A DNA stretch of 64,000 bases from Lama guanicoe (Eukaryota): positions 1,615,884 through 1,679,883 of the forward strand of contig MU054001.1 in NCBI GenBank assembly GCA_013239625.1, written 5' to 3'. The notes beneath the pieces were generated by a model, which searched no databases, was not told where the DNA came from, and was given only the letters and a program-made list of their open reading frames with translations. Each line of letters starts with the position of its first letter. Position 1 is the stretch's first letter. The position numbers and the translations under genes are program-made. Below are positions 39,246 through 52,396 of this stretch, in pieces.

Positions 39246-41384
39246 TGTCACTGTGTGTTCTTACATGTGATTTTTGAATGGCTGCAGGGTGTTCTTTCAT
39301 AGGAATGAACCATAATTTACTCCATACAAGATCCCCAATTTTTCATAATTATAAGCTTTATACACATATCCCCTAAGATGAACCCCTAGCCATGGAACTT
39401 CTGGATGGAAGAGGGTGTGTGCCTTCAAGGCCTCTGAGACCCATCCAGCATCATCCTCCTAGAATTCCACATCACATCTGAACCAAAATCTAACTTTAGG
39501 GGCCCTGAGTGTTGAGCATTCCAGAAAGAGCTCGGTGTAATGGTGAGTGGTGCTTCCCTGTGTTAAGGGGGTTTTGCCAAGCATCACAGCTAGAGGGAGT
39601 GAGAATGGTTCAGAACAGTTTTCAATAAATTCTTTACCTCGTGGGTGATGTAGACTGGGATGCCTCCAGAAGGCAGGCAGTGAGACATGTTTCAGACCTG
39701 GTAACAGGTAGAGCGTTACCAAAGGCTCAGACTAGGCATAGAGGATCATTTAAGTCCTCGTCATCACCCAAACCCCACAACTTGCCATGATTAGTATCAC
39801 CCCTTGTTTGTTTTTCCTTCTCCCACATCCTGTCCACAGTTTATTCCTGAAAGTGCTCTGCCTTGTCCTGCACGTCTTATAATGTTGAGCCAGATTCCTC
39901 TGGAGACAGAACAGTGTAAGAGGCAACTACATTCATCAGGTCTTTGGAAAAATCCTGGCACCTCTCACGTGTACGGTGTGATCTGCAGTGTCAGTGACCA
40001 TTTTCTTTAGAATTGAAAAGTTTTCCTTATTATCCCGTGAGTTGTGGGGTTCATACAGGGTGGGAGCAATTTGAGGGATGTTGAAAAGCAGATCTTACAA
40101 GACAAGGGTGCACAGGAAAAGTCACTTGGGGGTCAATTTGGAAAAGAGAATGGGCAGAAATAATCAGCTTCAAGTGAAAAGGAGAAACTAAATTTTGTTT
40201 CTTTGATCTTAGAGGTGCCTAATTGACTCTCTCTCAGCAGTCACCAAAAAGGGAAGATGCAGCAGAGAACTCCGGAACGTTAGAACAAAATGTAACCTGA
40301 GTGGAAGGTGAGGCAGAGACAAAGGTTGCCCAAGGTCACAGGCATGGTGGGAGATCAGGTAGAGACCTCCCCTTCTGTTTGCTGGCCCAGTGGTCATTCC
40401 GTGTTGACCGAAAGAGGGTGCTTTTACTATGCAAGTGAAATGTAACTGCCTTAGTTGTTGGGGAGCAAGAAGACACCCAAAAGGGGAGGTGGAAAAAGGG
40501 AGCCAGGCGCAGGAGAAACCGGACCTCGCTGTTTTGCATTGACTCATAGTTCTGCTGGCAAACAGGAGGATGAGATGAGTGGTTGACCTCAAACCCACAG
40601 TTCCTGCTCTGGAGGTGACTGTGCAGAGCAGGGCAGCATAGGCGTGATCCAAGGACCTCTCTGTTTTACTGACTGTTCTCATCACCTAGACATCCCTACA
40701 TTTTCCCTCTAATGCACGTGTGCCATGCAGAGTGGGGGTGAGGCAGGGGCTCTGGTTCACACTGAAATGGTCTTCTCCCTGCACTGCAATGTCGGCCAGC
40801 ATCTTCCCTGTGTCCCCATGGCATGCGGTGGAGCAGGGGCTAGAGGGGCACCTGTGGGGCAGAGCTGCTCACCTGCCTGGTGCCCCACTCTGCCCCCACA
40901 CTGGGGCTGGGCCCTGACGGATGGAGCTTCTCACAGGCTTTCTGTTCACTTCTCTCTCTGTTTTTCGTCCCAGTGGTGAAACCATAGGGGAGGCTTGAGG
41001 CGGGGAGGATGTTCTGATTACAGTTAAAAAAAACCCAAGGCGGACCTGATCGATGCCCCACACTTCAGTAGCTCACAGTAGGACCCTCAAGCGTGCCAGA
41101 CAAAACAGCAAAGGTCATAATTACATTGATGGAACTGACTTACACAATCACATAGTGTCTCCCTGTTCATCTCGAAGCCAAATAACCTTACTTTATGAAA
41201 CAATGAATTAAAATATTTTGAGGCTGGCATTTCAATAGGTCCAAGGTTCTGAAGACAGCTGAGAACTCCCTTTATTTTCCTGGGTCATGATTTCCCCAGC
41301 TGGAAATGAAGGTGAAGAATTTTGCCTGACCTCCTGTACTCCATCATCACCTGCTTCTCGGGAATATGGTGACAAGAGATATTT

Positions 41385-41575
41385 GCAGTATTTTCCAAAT
41401 TTGTTTGATGCCAACAATCACCTAGGAAACTTGTCAAGATACAAAACTCCCAGGCCAAACCCTGGACTTACTGAGTCAGAAGTTCTAGGATGGGCCTGGG
41501 AAACTCTAGTTTTTAAAAAAAATTGCCAGCTGATTCTTGTGATTGGGTGATCAAGCAAGTTTGGGCAATGCTGAG
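41385..41575. mobile_element. MER5-like hAT-Charlie MITE
   Basis: aatcacctaggaaacttg...tactgagtcagaagttctaggatgggcctggga...aagtttgggcaatgctg. Confidence 0.7.
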
Positions 41576-41644
41576 GGAGCCCCCATCAAATCATTAAATG
41601 GTTTACAAGACACTAAAGTTTATTATCATTTATTACTACAGACT

Positions 41645-41880
41645 AGGATCGCCAGCATTAGCAAATAAAAATATAAGATTATGCTGTTCACCAGAAATTG
41701 ACACAACATTGTAAACTGACTATATTTTAATAAAAAAGAATGCAAGTAAAAAAAAAATAACAGGATGTCCAGTTAAATTTGAATTTCAGAGAAATAAGGA
41801 ATGATTTCTTTTTAGCATAAGTATGTCCCATGCAATATTTGGAATATATTTATACTAAAAATTTATCTTTATCTGGCAAA
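41645..41880. mobile_element. MER53-like MITE interrupted by a ~70-bp L1 3' end
   Basis: tagcaaataaaaata...caggatgtccagttaaatttgaatttcaga...tagcataagtatgtcccatgcaatatttgg; L1 tail piece tatgctgttcaccagaaattgacacaacattgtaaactgactat at ~41680-41755. Confidence 0.7.
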
Positions 41881-42345
41881 GTGGTTAGATGCTATGCACC
41901 CCATTTATTATATAATATGGAAAAGCTCAAGAAAAGTCGAATTCTTTTTTATTGAAGTATAGTCAATTACAACCATCAGTGTCTGGTGTATAGCATAATG
42001 CTCAGTCATACATATACATACATATATTCATTTTCATATTCTTTTTCACTATAGGTTATTATAAGATATTGAATATAGTTCCCTGTGCTATACAGAAGAA
42101 ATTTGTTTTTTTACTTATTTTATATATAGTAGTTAATATTTGCACATTTGAAACTCCCAATTTATCCCTTCCCACCTCCTTTCCCTCCAGTAACTATAAG
42201 TTTGTTTACTATGTCTGTGAGTCTGTTTCTGTTTTGTAGATGAGTTCATTAGTGTCTTTTCATTTTTCTAGATTCCACATGTGAGTGATATCATATAGTA
42301 TTTTTTTCTCTTTCTGGCTTACTTCACTTAGAATGACAATCTCCA

Positions 42346-43984
42346 ATCCAATTACCCAGGACATATTTCACAGAACTAGAACAAATCATAATAAAATTTA
42401 TATGGAACCATCAAAGACCTAGAATTGCCAAAGCATTACTGAAGAGAAAGAAAGAGGCTGGAGGAATAACTCTCCCAGACTTCAGACAATACTATAGAGC
42501 TACAGTCATCAAGACAGCATGGTATTGGTACCAAAACAGACATATAGACCAATGGAACAGAATAGAGAGCCCAGAAATGAACCCACAAACTTTTGGTCAA
42601 CTCATCTTCGACAAAGGAGGCAAGAATATACAATGGAATAAAGACAGTCTCTTCAGCAAATGGTGTTGGGAAAACTGGACAGCAGCATGTAAAACAATGA
42701 AGCTAGAACACACCCTTACACCATATACAAAAATCAACTCAAAATGGATTAAAGACTTAAACATAAGACAAGATACAATAAACCTCCTAGAGGAAAACAT
42801 AGGCAAAACATTATCTGACATACATTTCAAAAATTTTCTCCTAGAAGAAATAAAAGCAAGAATAAACAAATGGGACCTAATGAAACTTACAAGCTTCTGC
42901 AGAGCAAAGGAAACCAGAAATAAAACAAGAAGAAAACCTACGGAATGGGAGAAAATTTTTGCAAGTGAAACCGACAAAGGCTTGATCTCCAAAATATATA
43001 AGCAGCTCATACGACTCAATAAGAAAAAAATAAACAACCCAATCCAAAAATGGGCAGAAGACCTAAACAAGCAATTCTCCAAGGAAGACATACAAATGAT
43101 CAAAAAGCACATGAAAAAATGCTCAATATCACTAATTATCAGAGAAATGCAAATCAAAACTACAATGAGGTATCACCTCACACCAGTCAGAATGGCCGTC
43201 ATTCAAAAATCCACAAATGACAAATGCTGGAGAGGCTGTGGAGAAAGGGGAACCCTCCTACACTGCTGGTGGGAATGCAGTTTGGTGCAGCCACTATGGA
43301 AAACAGTGTGGAGATTCCTCAAAAGACTAGGAATAGACTTACCATATGACCCAGGAATCCCACTCCTGGGCTTGTATCCAGAAGGAAATCTACTTCAGGA
43401 TGACACCTGCACCCCAATGTTCATAGCAGCACTATTTACAATAGCCAAAACATGGAAACAGCCTAAATGTCCATCAACAGGTGACTGGATAAAGAAGAGG
43501 TGGTATATTTATACAATGGAATACTACTCAGCCATAAAAACCGACAACATAATGCCATTTGCAGCAACATGGATGCTCCTGGAGAATGTCATTCTAAGTG
43601 AAGTAAGCCAGAAAGAGAAAGAAAAATACCATATGAGATCGTTCATATGTGGAATCTAAAAAACAAAAACAAACAAACAAACAAAAACAAAGCATAAATA
43701 CAGGACAGAAATAGACTCACAGACAGACAATACAGACTTGTGGTTACCAGGGGGGTGGAGGGTGGGAAGGGATAGACTGGGATTTCAAAATTGTAGAATA
43801 GATAAACAAGATTACACTGTATAGCACAGGGAAATATACACAAAATGTTATGATAAATCACAGAGAAAAAAATGTGACAATGAGTGTGTATATGTCCATG
43901 AATGACTGAAAAATTGTGCTGAACACTGGAATTTGACACAACATTGTAAAATGATTATAAATCAATAAAAAAAAGTTAAAAAAA
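42346..43984 (+). mobile_element. Young 5'-truncated L1 with uninterrupted ORF2 C-terminal portion (42346-43659)
   Basis: Open frame of 437 codons, [13 protein letters not shown]...[18 protein letters not shown]...HCWWEC...HMRSFICGI*. 3' UTR, AATAAA and A tail present. TSD agaatga(c/t)aatctcca at 42330-42345 and 43985-44000. Confidence 0.97.
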
Positions 43985-44088
43985 AGAATGATAATCTCCA
44001 GATTCATCCATGTTGCTATAGATGACATTATTTTATTATTTTTATGGCTGAGTAGTATTCCATTGTATAAATGTACAATGGCTTCTTT

Positions 44089-44219
44089 TTTTTTTTTAAT
44101 GAGGGGGAGGTAATTAGGTTTATTTATTTATTTATATTTGGAGGAGGTCCTTGGGATTAAATCCAGGATCTCGTGCATGCTAAGCAGGAGCTCTACCACT
44201 TGAGCTATATCCTGCCCCC
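44089..44219 (-). mobile_element. tRNA-derived SINE (camelid Vic-1-like)
   Basis: Reverse strand reads ggggcaggatatagctcaagtggtagagc...gcttagcatgcacgag... with pol III A/B-box-like motifs, (TAAA)n, cctaattacc and an A tail. Degenerate 15-bp TSD (12/15 identical). Confidence 0.85.
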
Positions 44220-45289
44220 TACCACAGCTTCTTTATCCAGTCCTCTGTTGAAGGACAGTTAGGTTGTTTCCATGTCTTGGTTATTATAAATAGTGCTGCT
44301 ATGAACTTTGGGGTGCATGTATCTTTTCAAATTAGAGTTCCCTCCATTTATATGCCCAGGAGTGGGATTGCTGGGTCACATGGTAAGTCTATTTTTAGCT
44401 TTTTGTGGACTCGCCATACTGTTTTCCATAATGGCTGCACCAAACTCCATTCCCACCAGCAGTGTAGCAGGGTTGCCTTTTCTCTCCAGCATTTATCCTT
44501 TGTGGACATTTGAGTGATGGCCATTCTGACTGGTGTGAGGTGATACCTCATTGTAGTTTTGATTTGCATCTCTCTGATAATCAGCAATATTGAGCATTTA
44601 AGAAAAGTCTAATTTTTAGAATGAGAAAGCATGTCAGTGATAGAAGGCTGTCCATTCCGCGTCTTTCTCTCTGCGCCTCTCAGCACATCAGTCTTTTTCC
44701 TTGGTCCCAACTCACCTGCTTGCCAGGAAGAAGCCCCAGCAGCTGGCTCCTCATCATTCTGACAGAAAAACAAAACAAACAAACAAAAAAAAACGCTCCT
44801 GTTACTGATGAAGACAAAGAAATCACTTTTAAAGATAAAATACAGAGCCCAACTTTACATTCTGTTTTTTCATAGCTAATGAGACAGGCAGGTATGAGTG
44901 TTAATGCCATTCACCTGCCAGTGGATTGGCTGCATTCAAAATAAGTATTTCTAAGCTAAACACATTTTTTTCCTCTGGCAAAATTTCTGGGGCCACCCAG
45001 CCCCCTGATGTGGAAGCTGCCTCTGTCAGATGACACCTGACACCAGGGCAGGGTTCTTCCCAACACAGACAGATATGTCCTCACCCTGCAACTGGAAAGG
45101 TTTACAACAGCGCCAATTTGGAAATCCTATTGTCAATTATACAACAGACCTCCCGGGAGGTGAGAGGAGGAGGGGAAATGCAGAGATGAGCATGAAAATC
45201 CGAAGGACCGTATGGTCTAAGAATGAAATGTTTTCCAAATCAAATTAAGCTACACGGTGAAAATTGAGGAGAAAGTCCTTAAGGTGACT

Positions 45290-45870
45290 TTTAAATGAAA
45301 ATGAAATGTCTGTTAGTAAGTTACAGAGGTGCACGGATACCGAGTGGCAGCCTTGTATCTCATTAATTTCCAACATAGATTTTTATGTGAGGCTATTTGA
45401 TTATAATTTGATTATCTGACCCTGTAATTAAAGTTTATTGCCAATTTGGAAGCTTACATGTAAAATGAACTGGTTTTCTTCAAAGCAATATACAATCCTT
45501 CGGACTCATTGACTTCGGGTTTTGCATTTAAATGGAAAAGTCAGTTATAACGTGACAAACAGGTTGGGGTTTTGATCATTAATCCTGCTAAAGCAATATT
45601 CATAAATTCAATTCTGAATCAGTTGGAATACTTTTCTTTTATTAGTTTCTGTGTTATTAAATGAGATTGTTTCTGACTAATATATTTCTGGACTCAAACT
45701 GTAGCTCCGAGCTGTTATTCAAATCAAATAACATGCCCCTTACGTGTGCCTTGCACTAATAAATGCCAGCTTGTGATACATTTGCAAGAGACTGTCAGCA
45801 ATATTAAAGGAGGCAATAATGCTACAGAGGTCTCAAAGTGAGCTGATTTTTCTAAGGGCTGATACCCGTC
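45290..45870. promoter_or_regulatory. Candidate conserved non-coding element/enhancer
   Basis: Repeat-free AT-rich block dense in TAAT/ATTA, TTTATG/TTTATTG and TGACA motifs. Conservation is inferred, not measured. Confidence 0.45.
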
Positions 45871-47919
45871 ATTTTTCTTTTAAAAAAAAAAAACGGATAT
45901 TCAAACCTTTTAGTCTTAAAGCCAAAAGCCTGCTTTGGTTCATATAAATATAATTCTCTAACACTTAAATAGCCAAGACATTGGAATTAGAAAATTCATA
46001 ACTTTGGGGTCCTGAATAAGAGAAATAGGGAGCTGATTTAGGGCAGAATCAAAGTTCTCTGGGTGGGGAAGTGCCACTTAACTTGGGAAACAGCTGAGTC
46101 TGTCTTCCCAGGACTTAGGTGGGAAAGAGAAGCTACATTGCTTTTGAATTAGAAAAACCATTCACAAACCTCTGTTGGGTTCTCAGAGCAGAAGTGGGGC
46201 TTAGAGAGCCTCTTTCCTGGCCCCATTTTACAGATGTGGAAACTGAGGCCCACGAAAAAGAGACGTCAGCTGGTCAGTTACACAGCAAGTTTGGGACAAA
46301 CCCCAAATGGAAACACTCCCTGTAATTTTTCCCAACACTTTCACCACCAACCGGCCAACAAAAGGTTCATGAATATTTGTGGAAACTTCATAGGGGCTGG
46401 AATTAGAGGCCCAGCTCCACCACTCTGGCTGTTTGAGCTCCAACAGATCACCTGAACACCGTGAGCCTCAGCCCTCAGGTGCAGCTTATCCCTGCCCCCT
46501 CACCCTGCTTCAAGAAGGAAATGAGGCCTGATAGGGAAACTACAAGGGTTAGGTGACTTACCATAGCTTACCTTTTGAAGTTCAACTGCTTTATTGCGAC
46601 ATGACAGGCATACAATAAACTGTGCATATTTAAAGCATACTTCCGTATCTTTCCTAAATCATCACAGAGACGTTGAACTTTTCATTGCTTTGGATAATCT
46701 TCCCTCATGCCTGTATTTGGGCCTCAGAGATCATCCTCCAGACTGAACAGACTGTTGGCTGTTCTTTCTCGTCCTCTCTCCTGAGACCCCACATATTTGC
46801 TTTGTTACTACAGTTTGCACATTTTCCATCAGCTGCTCGCTGGGTGGACTCAGGGTGGGTGTTGCTAAGTTTCCACCTTATCACACAATCATCACTGCTA
46901 GAAGGAAATTGTTCGAGCCCGTTGGTGGAGTTCCAGAGTCTGAGTTTCCCGAAACCCGAGAATCCGCCCTCTACTTCCAGCTCCCCTCTTCCCACAACCT
47001 GCCAGGTGCTTGACTCCACACCCAACGCCCGCGCTGGGCTCTCAGATCCTGGGTTTGGGCTGCTGAGTCTCCCAGGTGGGAATTATCTGCCCAGCATTCG
47101 CTGGGGTGGAGGTGCTGACTGCGCAGACGTGGCCCCGGGAGACACGCTGCCCAAGCAGGTGCTGCCCACTTAACATCAAGAAGCAGGTGCCACTTCTGCG
47201 CTTACATCTGGGGCCGGCGGCCCTCTCCCAGCGATCTCTGTCTCTCCTCCTCCCGACAGGCTTTCAAGGCCAGTGCTGTTAGCCTCTGGTCAGGAACGAG
47301 GAGACGGAGGCTGGAAGGGCCGTTATCGCCACCTTCCTCCGTCCCTTCTGCCCTGCAGGTTTGTCGCGGTGACTCAGGTGAGGAGAGCTTCCAGACATGG
47401 GATGGGGCAGATGTGGATTCGGATGTCAGTGAACCTGAGTCTATTTCAGCACGAGCTCCATTCCCCAGGGGGTCTGCCTTGGATTTGCCATGGAAGGTCC
47501 AGACTCCTCTGTGCCTCTCAGGAGCAGGCTGCCCCGAGGCTGTGGCAGGGCAGCTCCAGAGAGAACAGAGGTGACCGGGGTCCCGAGGTCTAGCCCCAGC
47601 TGGTCACTGATAGCAGGGAGAGGTCTCTTACCAAACGCAGCTCAGATATCTCTCTGCCTTGTGGTCCCGACTTCGCCGCTCAGCAAATACCAATTTCTTA
47701 ACGCTCAATTGTGTATCTAGGTTACTACGTGCTTATATATACCCTGCTCTGTTTTATATATTTTTATATATATATTATATATATAATTTACATTCTGTAA
47801 AATCACCATTTTATGGTGTACAATTTAGTGGTTTTTAGTATATTCACAAGATTGTGCAACCATCACCACTATCTAATTCTAGCACATTTTCATCACCCCC
47901 GAAATACACTCTGCCTTTT

Positions 47920-48025
47920 TTCAAACAGGTTAATTAGGTTTATTTATTTGATGGAGGTACTGGGAATTGAACCCAGGACCTTGTGCATGCTAAGCACACC
48001 CTCCACTGAGCTGTACCCTCCCCTG
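47920..48025 (-). mobile_element. tRNA-derived SINE (camelid Vic-1-like)
   Basis: Reverse strand ggggagggtacagctcagtgga...gcttagcatgcacaaggtcctgggttcaattcccagtacctcc. Perfect 12-bp TSD actctgcctttt at 47908-47919 and 48026-48037. Confidence 0.9.
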
Positions 48026-48399
48026 ACTCTGCCTTTTGAATGGAGGTCAGACTCAAGGTAGACACACCAGTGTGGGTCTGGATAATGATGACGATGATCG
48101 TGGTGGTGGTGACACCAGTAGCTATCACTGAGCACTTAGTGTATGCCAGCCGCTGGGCTCAGTGCTTTACCTATTACTCTATTCAATGTGCGCCCCACCC
48201 CCAAACAGGCGGCCCTTATTGTTGATGAGGGAGCCAGATGCTGAGAGATGGAGGTAGCAGCCCACCACCGCGGGGTCTGACCGCAGTGGGGCGCATGCCC
48301 TTTCCCTCCGCTGCTTCTGATGGGTCTGTTCCCTATGGAGTTCAGAAAGGTCTCCCTGTGCCTGCTACGGTAGCTGACTGTTTTTTTCAGTTCTCAGTC

Positions 48400-49205
48400 T
48401 TTTAAATTGTAGTAAAATATACGTAACACTAAAGTTATCACTGTAACCATTTCAAAGTATACAGTTCAGTGGCATTTTGTACATTCACAGTTTTGTGCAA
48501 CCATCTTTCAGAACTTGCTCATCATCCCAAACAGAAATTCTGTAACCATTCAGAGATAACCCCCTATTCACTCCTTCCCCCAGCCTTTGGTAACTTGTTC
48601 TATTTTCCGTCTGCATGAAGTTGCTTCTTCTGAGTATCTCTTATGAGTGAAATCATACAATATTTATCCTCTTATGTCTGGCTTATTTCACTTAGTATAA
48701 TGTCCTCAAGGTCCACCTGTGTTGTAGCAGGTGTCAGAATCTCGTTCCTTTTTATGGCTGAATCATAGTCCATTGTACGTGTAAGCTACATTTTGTTCAA
48801 CTGTTCATTGTTGGTAGACAATTGGGTTGCTTCTATCTCTTGCTTATTGTGAATCAGGCTGCTATGAACATGTGTATACGTGTATGTGCTTGAGTAACTG
48901 TTTTCAGTTCTTTTGGATCGATGCCAAGGAGTGGAATTGTGAGGATATATAGGAATCTAAGTTTAACTTTTTGAGGAGCCTCAATACTGTTTTCCACAGT
49001 GGTTGCACCATCCATTCCTGCCAATAGTGTACACAAGGATTCCAATGTCTCTGCATTCTCATCAACATTTTTTGTCCTCTTCTTTAAAATTGCAGTTGAT
49101 TTACAGTTTCGTCTTTGATAATAGCCACCCTAATGGGTGTGAGGTGGTATCTCATTGTGGTTTTGATTTGTGTTTTCCTGGTGACTGATGAACGTTGAAC
49201 ATGTA
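48400..49205 (-). mobile_element. L1MB-like 3' end
   Basis: aagtatacagttcagtggcatt...tggcttatttcacttag...gaggtggtatctcattgtggttttgatttg. Confidence 0.85.
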
Positions 49206-49644
49206 GCTCCTTGCATAGTGGACTCATTTTTAAAGGTCACACAATGGAGAAGAGGAGGTTTTGAGGAGGACAGGACATTATCCAGGACAAAGGGGGCCAA
49301 TCTGGTAATGAGCAAGGGCATGCATCTGGGCCAAGTCTACCTCTTTTATTTGCCAATTTCCTGAGCCAGTGTTCCCAGCCTCTGCTGCCTCTCAGAATCA
49401 CCTGCAGAGTCTTCAAAACTATGAAGACAAGTTGCATCCCCAGAGCTTCTGACGTGGGCAGTCCAGGTGGGACCGGCACCCGTCGTTCCTAAGGCTTCCC
49501 CAGTGATGCTCATGGGCAGTAGGGCTGAGGACTAGCTGAGGACCACTGCTGTAGGCAAACTCATCAGCAGGCCTCACCCATTGCCCTCCCAGCTGGTTTC
49601 AAATCTGTGCTTCTCCAAGCTTTTTTTGGGGGGTGGGGGGTAAC

Positions 49645-50055
49645 TGCTTTATTGTCATATCATTCACATACCACATTAATTTTAGAACATGTTGATCACC
49701 TTCTAAGGAAACCCCATCACCCTTCAGTCCTGTTCTCTCCTCCCAGCCCCTGGCAACCACTAATCTGCTTTCTGTCTCTATGAATTTGTCTCTTATGGAC
49801 CCTTCATATAAATGGAATCATACAATGTGTGACCTTTTGTGTCTGACTTCTTTAACACAGTGTGTTCAAGGTTTGTCCACATTGTAGGGTGTTTCAGTGC
49901 TTCATTCCTTTTTATGGCTGAATAATATTCTAGTGTATGGATAGACCACAGTTTGTTTGCCTGTTCATCAGGTGATGGTCATTTGAGTCACCTCCATTTC
50001 TTGGCTGTGATGAATGGTGCTGCCATGAGCACACATGTACAAGTTATCATGTGGA
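49645..50055 (-). mobile_element. L1MB-like 3' UTR fragment
   Basis: cagcccctggcaaccactaatctgctttctgtctctatg...aatggaatcatacaatgtgtgacctttt. Confidence 0.8.
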
Positions 50056-52129
50056 CCTTCAAGTCTTTTAAGGCACCTCTTACCTAGTGTTGTCCCACTA
50101 CAAGGGAGGCTCAGCTCTAATTTTTCATGAAAAAAAAAAACTGGAAACTCTAAACTCCATGTCTTTTCACTTAAACAAATTTCCTCTCCAGAATGTTTGC
50201 TGCTTTTAAGTGTGTGTTCTGTTTAGCTATTGTTTTGCAGCCTTAAACCCACTTGGAGGCTCAACATTTGTCTGAAAGTCACCTCGAAACAGTACCTGAA
50301 CTTGGGCCAACTCCTCCTCTGGTGTGCTAATTTCCCCTCTTTAGAACCTCAGACAAAGCTCTTGATTTAGTGACAACAGTAACCGGGACCCAAGTACCAT
50401 CCCTTACTGATGATGGTGGCTGCCTTCATCTCGTTCTCTCGCTGTCTCTTTTCACACCTCCTCAGGGCTTGACCTGTGCCAGCTGCCATAAGCCCTCTGG
50501 TGGAGGTAGCAGGGGATGACTTGTAGGGATGCAGAGATGGATAAGCCAGAACCCGCCCGGTCTCTGGGAGCTTAGTCAAGAGAAGCAAGGGAACCAACTC
50601 TGAAATAATTATAATGCCTGCCAGTTTCAACACTTCCCAAAATCCAGAGGACATACTGGTGTGCGATGGGAAATGGTATTAGATGGCACATAGACATGGC
50701 ATTAAATAATAACTGAATCACCAAAGGACAAAGTCATTCCCTTTTCAATTATCTTTTAAGCCTTTAGATAAAGCATGGAGGATGTCTCAGTTTGGTGCTA
50801 GCAGGTCTTTAACGCCTCTCTTAAATCACTTTAAAAACTAAGCATACAGAGACATCCCCTTTAAAAAAAAAAAAAAGCAGACATAGATTCAAGTTTCCAG
50901 CTGCAGTTGGCAACATCACTTTGCCTTTGGTGTACTTACTTTACAGTTGGCTTCTGACTAGTCTCTCCGATTTTTTCTTTATTTGCCATTGTAACAGAAA
51001 GTTGACTTTCAAAATAAACGTACTCAAATTTAAGTTTTTAAAAAGCAGCTTATCTGACGGAAAAGATTAAGTAAACAGTAGAGCAAGTGGCCAGCAGATG
51101 TGGCAGGAATCGTGCAGGTGGTCTCCAAATGGCCCCGGGAAATCTCATGGATGTCCTCAAAGGGGTGCAGAAGCCCTCTGCTCTGCCTGGGAATGCGGGA
51201 GAAAGCATCACACGTGAAGCAGCATGTCGTTAAATCACAGAATGATGGCTAAGAATTTACAGAAGGAAGAAACCCTTAGAGATTGGGTCCCAGCCATAGC
51301 TTCTGCAGGTGAGGGCAACTGAGGCTCTGAAGCACTAAGGGTCTGGGGTCCCACAGGTGTCATTGGGGAACCAGCACTGGGCTCCCTGGCTGTGTACCTG
51401 CTGCCACAGATCATATCAGTCGCACGCTGTCTCATGCGTATCCCAGCTGTGTCATGTCATGGGACGTTCTCTTCTCCCAGCTGACCCAACAAAATAGTGC
51501 ATTTTGCTTCCACCGATGAGAACTGTGAATTTCATGGTTCTGTCTCTACCACGGCAGGTTCATTTGTGAAGAGTGATAGAACTTTCTCTTCCTCTCTGGA
51601 AGTGAAACAGCAAAGCTACAGCTTCTACAACTGGCTGTTGTCCCATTCATTCACTTTTCCAATTTTCCTTTCAGATATGTGGTAAGATTGTACCTCCCTG
51701 CCCCTGCTAGATTTGGGGATAATTTGTTATGCAGCAGTAGATAACAGATACACTCGGCATGTGTCTTAAACAACCCACCTTGCTGCACGAGTTGGCTGTT
51801 TGTTCCTTTGTATTGCTGAGTAGCACAGCTTTAAATGGATGTGCTGTCGTTTATCCATTTAGTAGCTGAGGAACATGTGAGTTTTCCCCTATTTGGGGGC
51901 AATTATGAATAAAGCCAAGAAGAGTGATCTTTGACTCCAAAAGACTCTTAACATAACATGGATTTCTCACTGTGACCCTTGGGCCTTGGGTGAGCTGGCT
52001 GTTCACTCCCACCTTGTCTCAGGATGCTCCCACCTGCTCACCTGAGCTGTCTGTAGGCCAGGTGCTCTCCTCCCCAAGGCCTCTCTGTCCTCTTCACTTT
52101 TACCTGGCCCTCCCGTAACTGGCTGTCAG

Positions 52130-52382
52130 ATCCAATGCCCCCTTCCTGGAGGCCCTCCCTGACACCTCCACCTAAAGTCACTCCCCCAACTACCCCCCTC
52201 CCTGTGTACATCCTTTATATTCTCTCTCACAATCTAGCATTATTTGTTCATTTGCTTTTTTTCTCTCCTCTACTGGAGTATAAATTCTTGGAAGAGAAAG
52301 GCTTTGTCTGTCTTGCCAAAGTCTTAGCACATATTCTGGTACTTTCTAGGCATTTTCTGATGGAATGATTGTATGAATGAGT
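52130..52382 (+). mobile_element. L2 3' fragment
   Basis: ccttcctggaggccctccctgac...actggagtataaattcttgga...atgaatgagtaa. Confidence 0.55.
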
Positions 52383-52396
52383 AAATAAGATTGGGA

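Larger units (their letters stand above)
41944..44598 (-). mobile_element. Host L1 3' end (minus strand), split by a younger L1 and a SINE
   Basis: Antisense L1 3' UTR at 41944-42345 continues seamlessly at 44001; ORF2 C-terminal remnant in ORF 44348-44587. Confidence 0.92.

Noticed and set aside
42577..43659. 360-aa ORF as a host gene or autonomous retroelement
   Set aside because: It is the C-terminal part of L1 ORF2 in a 5'-truncated copy with TSD and polyA; no promoter, ORF1, EN or complete RT.
44089..48025. tRNA-like sequences at 44089-44219 and 47920-48025 as tRNA genes
   Set aside because: They have A-rich tails, TSDs and degenerate stems, so they are SINEs.
50620..51125. Possible hAT-Charlie DNA transposon remnant
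   Set aside because: Only a vague resemblance; I could not define termini or family, so it is not listed as a feature.
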